Shown here: in pieces, positions 25,015-38,015 of the stretch
How positions within the stretch are numbered: position 1 is the first letter of the stretch
Layout: each line of letters opens with the position of its first letter
DNA from: Macrostomum lignano
Lineage: Eukaryota
Reading direction: 5' to 3'
Length of the DNA: 53,151 bases
Assembly: GCA_002269645.1 (NCBI GenBank)
Contig: NIVC01002640.1
Coordinates: forward strand, 1 to 53,151
The notes under the pieces: generated by a model
The model's database searches: none
What the model was told of the DNA's origin: nothing
What the model saw: only the letters and a program-made list of their open reading frames with translations
Translations under genes and position numbers: made by a program

Positions 25015-26112
25015 CGTTACAAACCGGAAATACCACAAGCCCGAAATAACACAAACCGGAAATACCACAAGCCCGAAATACCACAAACCGGAAATACCAC
25101 AAGCCCGAAATACCACAAACCGGAAATACCACAAGCCCGAAATACCACAAACCGGAAATACCACAAACCGGAAATACCACAAACCGGAAATACCACAAAC
25201 CGGAAATACCACAAAACCGAAATACCAAAAACCCGAAATACCACAAACCCGAAATATCACAAACCCGAAATATCACAAACCCGAAATATCACAAACCCGA
25301 AATATCACAAACCCGAAATATCACAAGCCCGAAATAACACAAACCGGAAGCATCACAAACCCGAAATACCACAAACCCGAAATATCACAAACCCGAAATA
25401 TCACAAACCCGAAATATCACAAACCCGAAATATCACAAATCCGAAATACCACAAACCCGAAATATCACAAACCCGAAATATCACCAACCGGAAACATCAC
25501 AAACCCGAAATAACACAAACCGGAAGCATCACAAACCCGAAATATCACAAACCGGAAGCATCACAAACCCGAAATATCACAAACCCGAAATATCACAAAC
25601 CCGAAATATCACAAACCGGAAACATCACAAACCCGAAATAACACAAACCGGAAGCATCACAAACCCGAAGTATCACAAACAGGAAGCATCACAAACCCGA
25701 AATATCACAAACCCGAAATATCACAAACAGGAAGCATCACAAACCCGAAATATCACAAGCCCGAAATATCACAAACCCGAAATATCACAAACCCGAAATA
25801 TCACAAACCCGAAATATCACAAACCCGAAATATCACAAACCCGAAATATCACAAACCCGAAATTCACAAGCCCGAAATAACACAAACCGGAAGCATCACA
25901 AACCCGAAATACCAAAAACCCGAAATACCACAAACCCGAAATATCACAAACCCGAAATACCACAAACCCGAAATATCACAAACCCGAAATATCACAAACC
26001 CGAAATATCACAAACCCGAAATACCACAAACCCGAAATACCACAAACCCGAAATATCACAAACCCGAAATATCACAAACCGGAAATAGCACAAACCCGAA
26101 AATCAAAATACC
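25015..26112. repeat. 16-bp minisatellite x~68 (AAACCCGAAATATCAC)
   Basis: Read directly. Confidence 0.95.
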
Positions 26113-27237
26113 GTTAGGCGTTGCTAGAACTTTCGAAATAGTGGCTCAAAAACAATAAATGTCCAGGGTTGGAAAAGGAGTTTCTGCTCTCCAGATTTTA
26201 TATAGATTTCTTTCTAGTTCTCCTTGCTTGGCTCTTCCGGTTCAATCCGGTTGCACTGCAGTGCAGACGCGGTATTGCATACAGTACCTTCCTATTATTT
26301 TTCTTTTGCTGGAAGCCAAACTGATCGCTGAGCCAAGGCGGTTTAAAAATAGCCATATATATAATAAGCTGCAGTCGCTGCCGCTTATACTGCTTCACCT
26401 ACTGCTGGCCGCAATTGCCGGGCTCATTTCTAATCAAACTGAATCAGTGACGCGGGAGTGCGGGAGGCCAAGCGGGAGACGGGGCTGGAGGGCGCAAATC
26501 AAGGTGCCTGTTTGAGTGGTTTTGAGCGCGGACTAAATCGATAAAATGCATAGTTGTATATTTCAATCGGTTATTCAAGCCCCTGGATCGGCAGCTAAGC
26601 TGAGCTCCGGATTTTGGCTGTTGCCTGTTTTCAACCCCTCAGCCCCCAGCGAATAAGTGCTGCAATTTGGTCTGCTGCTGACGCCCAGCTGTGACGGCTG
26701 CAGTGTGTTTTGTATTGATCTGCGCGTTCAGTCTCAGTAATTGACAGCTGTGTGTGTGCTGTGTGTGTGCTGTGTGTGTGTGCTGTGTGTGTGCTGTGTC
26801 TGGGGTTGCTGGGAGCGGCTCTCTCCCTGGGTCTCCAATTAATGTCGCCTTCTAGATTCTGTCATTCGGTTTTCACTAATGAGGCATCTTCTTTTTGACT
26901 TTTGCCCCCCTGCACCCGCCCGCTTCTGAGCAACTAATGACTTGGCAGTGCAGCGGGAGGCGGGTGGGGGGGGGTTCAGCCCCACCAATATTTCAGTCTG
27001 CCTCTCCGCCTTGCTGCTGCACTCATTCTGCCGGCATCTCAGAACTATTTCCCCCGTATCCGGAGTTGCTCTTGCCTTCATCCTGACTAAGCCGGGGCTG
27101 CAACACGTGTTCGAGCATGTCTCCTGGTTTAGGATTGTCATGGCCGTATCTAATGAGCTCTTTTTAAACACTTTCTGTCCCCTATTCAAGTCTCTTTCCA
27201 GCTTCTTCACTCCATCTATGTAATAGTTAAAGTGTGT

Positions 27238-28096
27238 ACCTCAGCGAGTGACTGGCAGGGGGATGCATCGGTGACTCAGCGAGTGACTGGCAGGGGGATG
27301 CATCGGTGACTCAGCGAGTGACTGGCAGGGGGATGCATCGGTGACTCAGCGAGTGACTGGCAGGGAGATGCATCGGTGACTCAGCGAGTGACTGGCAGGG
27401 GGATGCATCGGTGACTCAGCGAGTGACTGGCAGGGGGATGCATCGGTGACTCAGCGAGTGACTGGCAGGGGATGCATCGGTGACTCAGCGAGTGACTGGC
27501 AGGGGGATGCATCGGTGACTCAGCGAGTGACTGGCAGGGGGATGCATCGGTGACTCAGCGAGTCACTGGCAGGGGGATGCATCGGTGACTCAGTGAGTGA
27601 CTGGCAGGGGGATGCATCGGTGACTCAGCGAGTGACTGGCAGGGAGATGCATCGGTGACTCAGCAAGTGACTGGCAGGGGGATGCATCGGTGACTCAGCG
27701 AGTGACTGGCAGGGAGATGCATCGGTGACTCAGCGAGTGACTGGCAGGGGGGATGCATCGGTGACTCAGCGAGTGACTGGCGGGGGGATGCATCGGTGAC
27801 TCAGCGAGTGACTGGCAGGGGGATGCATCGGTGACTCAGCGAGTGACTGGCAGGGGGATGCATCGGTGACTCAGCGAGTGACTGGCAGGGGGATGCATCG
27901 GTGACTCAGCGAGTGACTGGCAGGGGGATGCATCGGTGACTCAGCGAGTGACTGGCAGGGGGATGCATCGGTGACTCAGCGAGTCACTGGCAGGGGGATG
28001 CATCGGTGACTCAGCGAGTCACTGGCAGGGGGATGCATCGGTGACTCAGTGAGTGACTGGCAGGGGGATGCATCGGTGACTCAGCGAGTGACTGGC
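27238..28096. repeat. 35-bp minisatellite x~24 (CAGCGAGTGACTGGCAGGGGGATGCATCGGTGACT)
   Basis: Read directly. Confidence 0.97.
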
Positions 28097-28118
28097 TTCC
28101 ACACTCCCCAGTAAGATA

Positions 28119-29470
28119 CTCCGGCTGTCCGGAAAGTCGTGAGAATGTATTTAAAAAACCAGTCAGAACTATCAGAAAACACGATAACTGTACTAGTTGG
28201 TAATGTAATCTCCCCTTGTGTTGATTACAGCTTGGCAATGGTCAACGAGTCGCTGAACCTCTCTTTTCAAGCAATCTTCGTCAAGGTCTCTTGCCCATTG
28301 CAACGCAGCTTCTCGAACTTCATTGTGGTCGCTGAATACTCGCCTGGAGAAATCAGTCTTCATCCAACTGAACAAAAAACGGTCGCACAAATTGAAGTCT
28401 GGGCTGTAAGGACTCTGAAACACCAGCAGAATTCTACGGGACTCCATGTACTGCTGCACAGAACGAGCCACGTGAGGTCGCGCATTGTCCCAATGCCAAA
28501 GAACATCCGACAGATGAATTGGCCTTGACCTGAGAGTACGCCATAGGTCTCCGGTGTGCCGAATGAACTCAACTATGCCATTTGCATCAACAGTTTGCTT
28601 TGGGGCTGTGGATTCAATGGAGAAGCGCTTGTTTTGAGTAAAAGCAATCAGAAGCATTGTCTTTGCATTCCCGACTGAGTGCCTGACAACCTGGGGCCGA
28701 CGCTCCCCTTGGCCAAGCCAGCACCTGTTGTTTTGCTTCGTGCCAGTGTTGTTCAGGTACACCCACGTCTCATCTTCCACCACGTACTTGTCGCAAAAGT
28801 TTTCCATGCCCCCGTTGTAAAAAAAGCCTGCGAATTTGCTTGGCACAATTGATGCGGGCAGTCTTGTTCTCCTCGGATAGAGCATGCGGAACCCAGACAG
28901 CAGAAACGTTTCGAAGGTGCAAATCCTCAGTCAAAATTTCGTGCACTGTTGTTTTTCCAACTTCCAAAAAGTCAGCGAGGTCTCGGACACAACTTTTGGA
29001 TCCTCTTTAACAAGAGCTCGGCAGGTTTCGATCAGTTCCGCTATCCTTGTTGACCGTGGCCGGCCAGTCTGAGGAGCTGAGACAGGGGGAAATGCTTCGT
29101 CACGGAACTTCGAATACCATCTGTAAACCGTTGACCGACCTGGTGCAGCATCTCCATAAACTTTGAGCAGCTCGTCATGGCAGCTGAGAGCGGAGATTCC
29201 AAGACGGTATCTTGCATAGGCATAACCCTGGAAGTCTTCCATTTTGAAGAACTCGCTGTCAAAATTTTCAAGCTTGATCATCGCGTTGCATTTGCTATTG
29301 AGCACTTTATACTGAGCTCGCCCCTGCCCCCAATTTTGCTCCTAGAATAACAAGAATTTTCACCATAGATATATATGAGTCTATTATTGAAAATTTCTGT
29401 GTGCCACGTCAACAGCTTGCTGCTTTCTTGCTTAATTGACACATTCTCACGACTTTCCGGACAGCCGAAG
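28119..29470 (-). mobile_element. Full-length mariner (DD34D) transposon, 1352 bp
   Basis: 30-bp TIRs CT(C/T)CGGCTGTCCGGAAAGTCGTGAGAATGT (28119-28148 / 29441-29470, 1 mismatch) with TA TSDs at 28117-28118 and 29471-29472. Confidence 0.95.
28193..29281 (-). pseudogene. Mariner transposase, two frameshifts (near 28990 and in the A7 run 28819-28825)
   Basis: The three frames piece together the HTH (RSTVYRWYSKF), GRPR, WVPHAL, DETW, HWDNARPH and SPYSPDFNLCD. I count 34 residues between the 2nd and 3rd Asp. Confidence 0.9.
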
Positions 29471-30064
29471 TAGAAGATATTTTCTTCTGCAGAATAATTC
29501 CTGTAATTGGGCAGAAACCCCCATGAAGTTTGGTTGCTAGCCGGCATGTCGCTGAGTCAGCCTGGACTCCTGTCACTCTGGCCGGTGCCTCGTGCTTGGG
29601 GCGCCCCGCCGTCTGTCCGAACGGATTGATCAGGGGCGGGCGGGGACGGCCCGGCCATCCATCACGGCCGCAATGCCGGCGTGTTTCGCCAGCGGAGCGT
29701 GAGCTGAGAAACCCCGGCTGGTTGTATTTGACATGAAATATTCATCTCGCTGACTGCCCAATGCGTGTCTGCGCTTATTCGATCATGTTTAATCCCTATC
29801 GCTCACTCGCTTCCCCCTCCCACCCTCCTTCCAAAGTCGCCGGGCTCAGCTGCGTCCGCAAATGGTGGAGCGGCCAGTGTGGAGGAGCAGCAGCGGCAGC
29901 AGCACCCCGAGTTTGCCGTGAGTCAGCTTAGTATTAATGCTGATCTCAGAGGAAGCTGGACTTTTTGTTTTCAAATCCGTAATCGGCTTTGAGACTGAGC
30001 TGATTAAGGGAGTGCTTTATGCAGCATCTGGACTTGTGGGAACTGACTCAGATTAGGCAGCTGA

Positions 30065-31785
30065 GTGATAGACTATTGATAGGACTGGATAGGATAGACT
30101 ATTGATAGGACTGGATAGGATAGACTATTGATAGGATTGGATAGGATAGACTATTGATAGGACTGGATAGGATAGACTATTGATAGGATTGGATAGGATA
30201 GACTATTGATAGGATTGGATAGGATAGACTATTGATAGGACTGGATAGGATAGACTATTGATAGGATTGGATAGGATAGACTATTGATAGAACTGGATAG
30301 GATAGACTATTGATAGGACTGGATAGAATAGACTATTGATAGGACTGGATAGGATAGACTATTGATAGGATTGGATAGGATAGACTATTGATAGGATTAG
30401 ATAGGATAGACTATTGATAGGACTGGATAGGATAGACTATTGATAGGACTGGATAGGATAGACTATTGATAGGATTGGATAGGATAGACTATTGGTAGGA
30501 TTAGATAGGATAGACTATTGATAGAACTGGATAGGATAGACTATTGATAGGACTGGATAGGATAGACTATTGATAGGATTAGATAGGATAGACTATTGAT
30601 AGGATTGGATAGGATAGACTATTGATAGAACTGGATAGGATATACTATTGATGAGATTGGATAGGATAGACTATTGATAGGACTGGATAGGATAGACTAT
30701 TGATAGGATTGGATAGGATAGACTATTGATAGGATTGGATAGGATAGACTATTGATAGGACTGGATAGGATAGACTATTGATAGGACTGGATAGGATAGA
30801 CTATTGATGAGATTGGATAGGATAGACTATTGATGAGATTGGATAGGATAGACTATTGATAGGACTGGATAGGATAGACTATTGATAGGATTGGATAGGA
30901 TAGACTATTGATAGGATTGGATAGGATAGACTATTGATAGGACTGGATAGGATAGACTATTGATAGGATTGGATAGGATAGACTATTGATAGGATTGGAT
31001 AGGATAGACTATTGATAGGATTGGATAGGATAGACTATTGATAGGATTGGATAGGATATACTATTGATAGGATTGGATAGGATAGACTATTGATAGGATT
31101 GGATAGGATAGACTATTGATAGGATTGGATAGGATAGACTATTGATAGGATTGGATAGGATAGACTATTGATAGGACTGGATAGGATAGACTATTGATAG
31201 AACTGGATAGGATAGACTATTGATAGGACTGGATAGGATAGACTATTGATAGGACTGGATAGGATAGACTATTGATAGGACTGGATAGGATAGACTATTG
31301 ATAGGACTGGATAGGATAGACTATTGATGAGATTGGATAGGATAGACTATTGATGAGATTGGATAGGATAGACTATTGATAGGACTGGATAGGATAGACT
31401 ATTGATAGGACTGGATAGGATAGACTATTGATAGGATTGGATAGGATAGACTATTGATAGGACTGGATAGGATAGACTATTGATGAGATTGGATAGGATA
31501 GACTATTGATAGGACTGGATAGGATAGACTATTGATAGGATTAGATAGGATAGACTATTGATAGGATTGGATAGGATAGACTATTGATAGGATTGGATAG
31601 GATAGACTATTGATAGGACTGGATAGGATAGACTATTGATGAGATTGGATAGGATAGACTATTGATGAGATTGGATAGGATAGACTATTGATGAGATTGG
31701 ATAGGATAGACTATTGATAGAACTGGATAGGATAGACTATTGATAGGACTGGATAGGATAGACTATTGATAGGACTGGATAGAAT
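30065..31785. repeat. 26-bp minisatellite x~66 (GATAGACTATTGATAGGATTGGATAG)
   Basis: Read directly. Confidence 0.97.
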
Positions 31786-32574
31786 AAGGTAGGAGACAAC
31801 TGATAGGATACATTAGACTATTTGTAGGATAGACAATTGATAGAATAACATAGGACAGAATATATTGATAGGATAGAGTACAAATGAATACTGAAATTCT
31901 AACACTCAGTACCAAACTGTACTCGCACTGCTCTGTTGCTTAGGAAGGCAGCAATTCTTGTGCTCATGCATCCGTTGCTCTCTGATTTGCAGAACGGCGA
32001 CAACTATTTCTCACCCCATCAGATGAAAGGTGAGAATTTGATGTTGTTAGCCGCTATGTGTTGTACATCAGTCAATATGCTAGCATTGCTACTAAAGTAG
32101 TGCAGTTGGGGCGCATTAATCGCGGCGGTCCCGGTGGGGCTTCCCGTCAGAAGTCGCTCTCTGCCCTCGCCCTGCACCTCCGGTCCATTTATTCCTGAAA
32201 ATTCATTCCCACGCAGGATTTTAGTTTCAATCTCATGGTCTCCTGTATTCCGTACACCATAATTCTCCCAATTGCATTTCATTTTTATCCTCTCCGCCTG
32301 TGCGATCCCGAATCCCCGCCTGACATCCTCCTGCCTTTGTTGCAATTGGCTTCATCACTTTTGGCTTCTCAATGAGACTTGCCGGACCTGCTGAACTGGT
32401 TTCTGTTAATCAAAGGGGAGCACAGCGATGCGAATTCAAAATTTCTGCCAGTCATTTCTGCTTTTCTCCTAATCGGTTCATTCACTAATTATGAAATCCG
32501 AGCGTCCGTCACAGTTTCTCCGTTGTTCCAGAATTTATTAGAATTCTTGTATACGGCTGCTCAATCTTACATTT

Positions 32575-33565
32575 CCCAGCCTCCATAATTCTTAATCTCT
32601 CCAATCCCCAAACTCCCCAATCCCTAATCTCCACAATCCCTAATCTCCTCAATCCCCAATCTCCCCAATCCCTTATGTCCAAAATCCCCAATCTCCTCAA
32701 TCCCCAAACTCCCCAATCCCTTATGTCAACATTCCCCAATCTCCCTAATCCCTAGTCTCCCCAATCCCCAATCTCCCTATTCCCCAAACTCCACAATCCC
32801 CAAACTCCACAATCCCCAAACTCCACAATCCCCGATCTCCCCAATCCCCAATCCCCAATCTCCCCAATCCCCAATCTCCCTATTCCCCAAACTCCACAAT
32901 CCCCAAACTCCACAATCCCCGATCTCCCCAATCCCCAATCCCCAATCTCCCCAATCCCCAATCTCCCCAATCCCCAATCTCCACAGTCCCCAATCTTCAC
33001 AATCCCCAATCTCCCCAATCTCCAATCTCCCCAATCCCCAATCTCCCCAATCCCTAATCTCCCCAATCCCCAATCTCCCCAATCCCCAATCTCCCCAATC
33101 CCCAATCTCCCCAATCCCCAATCTCCCCAATCCCCAATCTCCCCAATCCCCAATCTCCCCAATCCCCAATCTCCCCAATCCCCAATCTCCCCAATCCCCA
33201 ATCTCCCCAATCCCCAATCTCCCCAATCCCCAATCTCCCCAATCCCCAATCTTCACAATCCCCAATCTCCCCAATCCCCAATCTCCCCAACCCCCAATCT
33301 CCCCAATCCCCAATCTCCCCAATCCCCAATCTCCCCAATCCCCAATCTCCCCAATCCCTAATCTCCCCAATCCCCAATCTCCCCAATCTCCACAATCCCC
33401 AAACTCTCCAATCCCCAATCTCCACAGTCTCAAGAATTCACAATCCCTAATCTTCACAATACCCAATCTTCCCAATCCCTAATCTTCACAATCCCCAATC
33501 TTCACAATCCCCAATCTTCACAATCCCCAATCTTCACAATCCCCAATCTTCACAATCCCTAAAGT
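32575..33565. repeat. 16-bp C-rich minisatellite (CCCCAATCTCCCCAAT)
   Basis: Read directly. Confidence 0.95.
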
Positions 33566-34458
33566 CCTCAAGCCCGAGAGTTCGTCAACTCCAAACTCAA
33601 AAGCTTTCCCCAAGCAGAAAACTTTTCGAGTGCCGGAAGGCTCGTCAGAATATTTTAGTCCCCGGGATAAATTCAGAGTTTTCCTCATCCTAGCTTTTTC
33701 TTTGCATTCTCCATTCTATGCGCCGCAGTCTCGAGTGGACTCCGGCCGCCGTGCTCACGCGGTGAAGTGGGTCGGTGGGGGGGGGGGGGTTGGCGGGAAT
33801 ATGTGAGAGTTTTGCGAGAGATTTCCCCATTTCTCCCCCTTCCTCTCCTTTGAATTCGGCCAAAATGATCCGGGCCGCATCGATCCCGCCATTGATCCGG
33901 CCCGGGGTCCCGCCGCTCCTCCCCCTGCCGCACTTCAGCCGCCCGCTGTTAATCAAACTCCCAGCTCCCCCCGATCGACTCCTCAATTTCTCAGCCTGTT
34001 TTCTCCCGTGTTTCTCCCTGCTGCGGGTCGAAGTTCCCTTCCGCTGGGGCTGCCCACTCGGTTGCTGGGCAGGAACAAGCCAGCTATTTGAGCAGAAAGT
34101 TGTTGATATAGGGGGGCGGCTGTTTGCGGAGGCGCTGCTGCCAATCTGCTCAGAATCGATGCCTCGCCTCTACTGCAAGTAGCAGCTAGCGGGCATGAAT
34201 TGGATTGCCTAGAAATTGTCAATGCCTTCTTGGTTTATGGGGGTTGGCCGGCCTTCTCAAACAGACAGCATTGGCTGGCAGGGCTTAGGGGAGGGGGTGG
34301 AGCACCTTGCCAGTCTCTTGTTGCCAAGGCTACGGGCCAAGTGAATCCCCGCCAACCCCACTGCCGACGGTTAAATCCCATTCAGAGGGGAGCTGCTCGG
34401 TCTGCGCTCCCCCTTGTTATCCTTTGCCCCAGCAAGCGGCTGTGCACAGTTGTGACAG

Positions 34459-34615
34459 GCTGGGCCCAGCAGCAGCAGTCAGCAGGCCGAACCTGGTGGC
34501 CAAACAGAGCCGATTGAAAGGCGCGAAGCCCAAACCGGAAGCGGCGGCAGCGGCAGCGGCGCCATGGCGGAATCGGCGGAGACCAACGGAAATTCGGGGC
34601 AACCCAGCGATCGGG
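34459..34615 (+). CDS. Inferred upstream coding exon of the calmodulin-like gene (AGPSSSSQQAEPGG...GSGAMAESAETNGNSGQPSDR); internal ATG at 34564 is an alternative start
   Basis: Acceptor GACAG at 34454-34458 (phase 0), a stop-free frame, a GCCATGG context at 34561-34567, and a phase-1 donor G|GTAACC that joins 39289 in frame (..SDR-A-LKEAF). Inference from splice signals only. Confidence 0.6.
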
Positions 34616-35597
34616 GTAACCCATTGATAAGCCATAAGTGTCTGTGCTGAGGGGTAACCCATAGATAAACCATGTGTCTGTGCTGAGGGGTAACCCATAG
34701 ATAAGCCATAAGTGTCTGTGCTGAGGGGTAACCCATAGATAAACCATGTGTCTGTGCTGAGGGGTAACCCATTGATAAGGCATAAGTGTCTGTGCTGAGG
34801 GGTAACCCATAGATAAACCATAAGTGTCTGTGCTGAGGGGTAACCCATAGATAAGCCATAAGTGTCTGTGCTGAGGGGTAACCCATAGATAAACCATAAG
34901 TGTCTGTGCTGAGGGGTAACCCATAGATAAGCCATAAGTGTCTGTGCTGAGGGGTAACCCATAGATAAGCCATAAGTGTCTGTGCTGAGGGGTAACCCAT
35001 AGATAAGCCATAAGTGTCTGTGCTGAGGGGTAACCCATAGATAAACCATGTGTCTGTGCTGAGGGGTAACCCATAGATAAGCCATAAGTGTCTGCGCTGA
35101 GGGGTAACCCATAGATAAGCCATAAGTGTCTGTGCTGAGGGGTAACCCATAGATAAACCATAAGTGTCTGTGCTGAGGGGTAACCCATTGATAAACCATA
35201 AGTGTCTGTGCTGAGGGGTAACCCATAGATAAGCCATAAGTGTCTGTGCTGAGGGGTAACCCATTGATAAACCATAAGTGTCTGTGCTGAGGGGTAACCC
35301 ATAGATAAACCATAAGTGTCTGTGCTGAGGGGTAACCCATAGATAAGCCATAAGTGTCTGTGCTGAGGGGTAACCCATTGATAAACCATGTGTCTGTGCT
35401 GAGGGGTAACCCATAGATAAACCATGTGTCTGTGCTGAGGGGTAACCCATAGATAAACCATAAGTGTCTGTGCTGAGGGGTAACCCATAGATAAGCCATA
35501 AGTGTCTGTGCTGAGGGGTAACCCATAGATAAACCATAAGTGTCTGTGCTGAGGGGTAACCCATTGATAAACCATGTGTCTGTGCTGAGGGGTAACC
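34612..35597. repeat. 38/36-bp minisatellite x~26 (GGGGTAACCCATAGATAAGCCATAAGTGTCTGTGCTGA)
   Basis: Read directly; source of three >400-aa ORFs. Confidence 0.97.
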
Positions 35598-35927
35598 TGT
35601 AACAGGTAGGATTTTGTGTCCATCCTGCCTGCACCTTCTGCTCACGTCGGATAACAAAGAATTGAACTCGAAGCACGGTTTTCTGGGCCCAGGCTGCTGC
35701 GGCCTACAGCCCAGCCGAGGCAATGGCCATGCCTTTAGGCCCGCAGATGCGGGCGAGAGCAAAGTGAAGCGAGCGCCTCCACTGTCTCTCCTTTTATTTA
35801 AAACACTGCAGAACAGGCGCGTGGGAACGTAAACTCTTATAGGCTACACAGAACAAAATGCAAATTACGCAGCAAGTTTTAGGTGCAGCCGTCCTTTGCA
35901 AATATGACTGCATTTTATGCAGCTCAT

Positions 35928-36184
35928 ATAACCCATAGATAAGCCATAAGTGTCTGTTCTGAGGGGTAACCCATAGATAAACCATAAGTGTCTGTGCTGA
36001 GGGGTAACCCATTGATAAACCATGTGTCTGTGCTGAGGGGTAACCCATAGATAAGCCATAAGTGTCTGTGCTGAGGGGTAACCCATTGATAAACCATGTG
36101 TCTGTGCTGAGGGGTAACCCATAGATAAACCATAAGTGTCTGTGCTGAGGGGTAACCCACAGATAAACCATAAGTGTCTGTGCT
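35928..36184. repeat. Second block (x~7) of the same 38/36-bp minisatellite
   Basis: Read directly. Confidence 0.95.
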
Positions 36185-37524
36185 AACTGAATTCTCATTT
36201 CCGAGTGTCTGACAACAAACTTCTCAAAAACTCAAGGGGCTTTGATGGCGATTTGTACAGCAGTCGGGGTTTTGCCTCTCGATGGAATTTGACACCCTGC
36301 AGACCAGGTCTCCCATCAGTTTTTGTGTTCTCAGCTCAGTTCAATTCCCCAAGGAAAGAGTTAGTTCCACCTTTCTGGCCAGGGAATTAATTCCAATACA
36401 CCCCCGGCCCCGAGCCTGCTGGATTAAATGGCGAATTTTTTCATTTTGACTTTTTTAAGCCTCTTTCTCTTAGTAGAGGAGCTGCGCGTTGCTGGGGCTA
36501 CGCAGCGGAGAGTGGGCTGCTGGGCATGGGGAGAGACCAATATCCTGCGGGGAAAATTCTCCTCTTTCTTTTTCTCTCCGCCTTGGTTGGCGCAGCCGCG
36601 GGCCCCCTCGGGCTTTAATCGGCTCTCCGGCCCGCCGCTATTTAGCTGCCCCAGTTTGCTGGCCGCAGCTCTCCCAAGTGGTTTGAGAACTTTGCAGAGA
36701 ATAAAAGAGGGATGCAGACTGGAGTGGGCCGGGATAGAGATGGGGAATATGACTGGTAAGAGTGGGATTAGAGAGACAGACAGCTGCTCAAGGGATTTAG
36801 GAGTTCAGTGAGAGGCCCCGCAGCCGGGCCGCGCTGGTGCCAGCGCACTTGCGCCCGAGTTTGAGCCCGCAGCGGCCAGAGCGACTCCGCATCTGCCTTG
36901 GCACTGCTTGCTTCTTGTTCTTTGGGGATGGGAGCTATTTTTGCCCTCGCTGGGAACCTGCCCGGCAGAGCGCCGCGGGGTGGGCGGGTGTCCGGTGTAG
37001 TGGCTTGATGCTAAAGACAGGGGGTTCCGCCTCCCAACCCAGCAGCAACACAACACTGTCTGCTCCCTGGCGAACTCAGCGCATCGATTCCCTGCTTGTC
37101 CTCTCCTCCCTCCTCGCTGCTTCCGTCCTTCCCTTTCTCCATCGTCTCTTCTTTCCCCTTTCCCTCCTAAAGTGTACTTTTGATTTGCTCCCTCCGCTGC
37201 TCTCTTTCTTAGCTTTCTTCTGCATCAGCTTCTCTGCTGTGCCACTTCTGCCGCTGCTCGTGTTATCTGTTCTGCTTTTGGGTTATTTTGGGCATTTTGA
37301 TTTCACTACCCCGGTTCTTTTTTTGTATTGGCTTTTTTAACTAGCCCGAAACGCTGGGTATGAAGGAGATTTCAACAAGGGGTCCCAGAACCTGCCGTAT
37401 ACTCTACGTAGAGGAAAAGTAAAGTGTTGGCACCGGAGCTGGAAGGGTCCCAAAAGCTACGGGGGGGGGGTCGAAAAAGCTGAATGGGGTCACTGAAGTT
37501 AAAGGGAACCGCTGAAATTGCGGT

Positions 37525-38015
37525 CACCCAAGCTGCAGGAGGGTCACACCAGCTGCCGGAGGGTCACCCAAGCTTCAGGGGGTCACACCAGATGCAGGGG
37601 GGTCACCCAAGCTTCAGGGGGTCACACCAGATGCAGGGGGTCACACCAGCTGCAGGGGGATCACACTAGCTGCAGGGGGGTCACACCAGCTGCAGGGGGG
37701 TCACACCAGCTGCAGGGGGGTCACACTAGCTGCAGGGGGTCACACTAGCTGCAGGGGGGTCACACCAGCTGCAGGGGAGTCACACTAGCTGCAGGGGGGT
37801 CACACTAGCTGCAGGGGGGTCACACCAGCTGCAGGGGGGTCATACTAGCTGCAGGGGGGTCACACTAGCTGCAGGGGGTCACACTAGCTGCAGGGGGGGT
37901 CACACCAGCTGCAGGGGGGTCACACTAGCTGCAGGGGAGTCACACTAGCTGCAGGGGGGTCACACTAGCTGCAGGGGGGTCACACCAGCTGCGGGGGGGG
38001 GGTCACACCAGCTGC
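37525..38015. repeat. ~20-bp minisatellite (CTGCAGGGGGGTCACAC(C/T)AG)
   Basis: Read directly. Confidence 0.93.

Noticed and set aside
28819-28826. U UUU UUA slippery heptamer as a programmed frameshift in the mariner
   Set aside because: A -1 shift enters the wrong frame (+1 is needed), and mariner transposases are single ORFs.
32752-33475. Gly-rich collagen/glycine-zipper-like ORFs (GIGEIGDWGDW)
   Set aside because: Translation of a 16-bp satellite cycling through frames.
34382-35762. Three 413-427-aa ORFs (MGYPSAQT/WVTPQHRH repeats)
   Set aside because: All three minus frames are open only because the 38/36-bp unit lacks stops; no unique domain.
35598-35927. Coding exon of the calmodulin-like gene in the island
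   Set aside because: The CCCGCAG acceptor has no convincing phase-1 donor before the stop, so it is not called as CDS.
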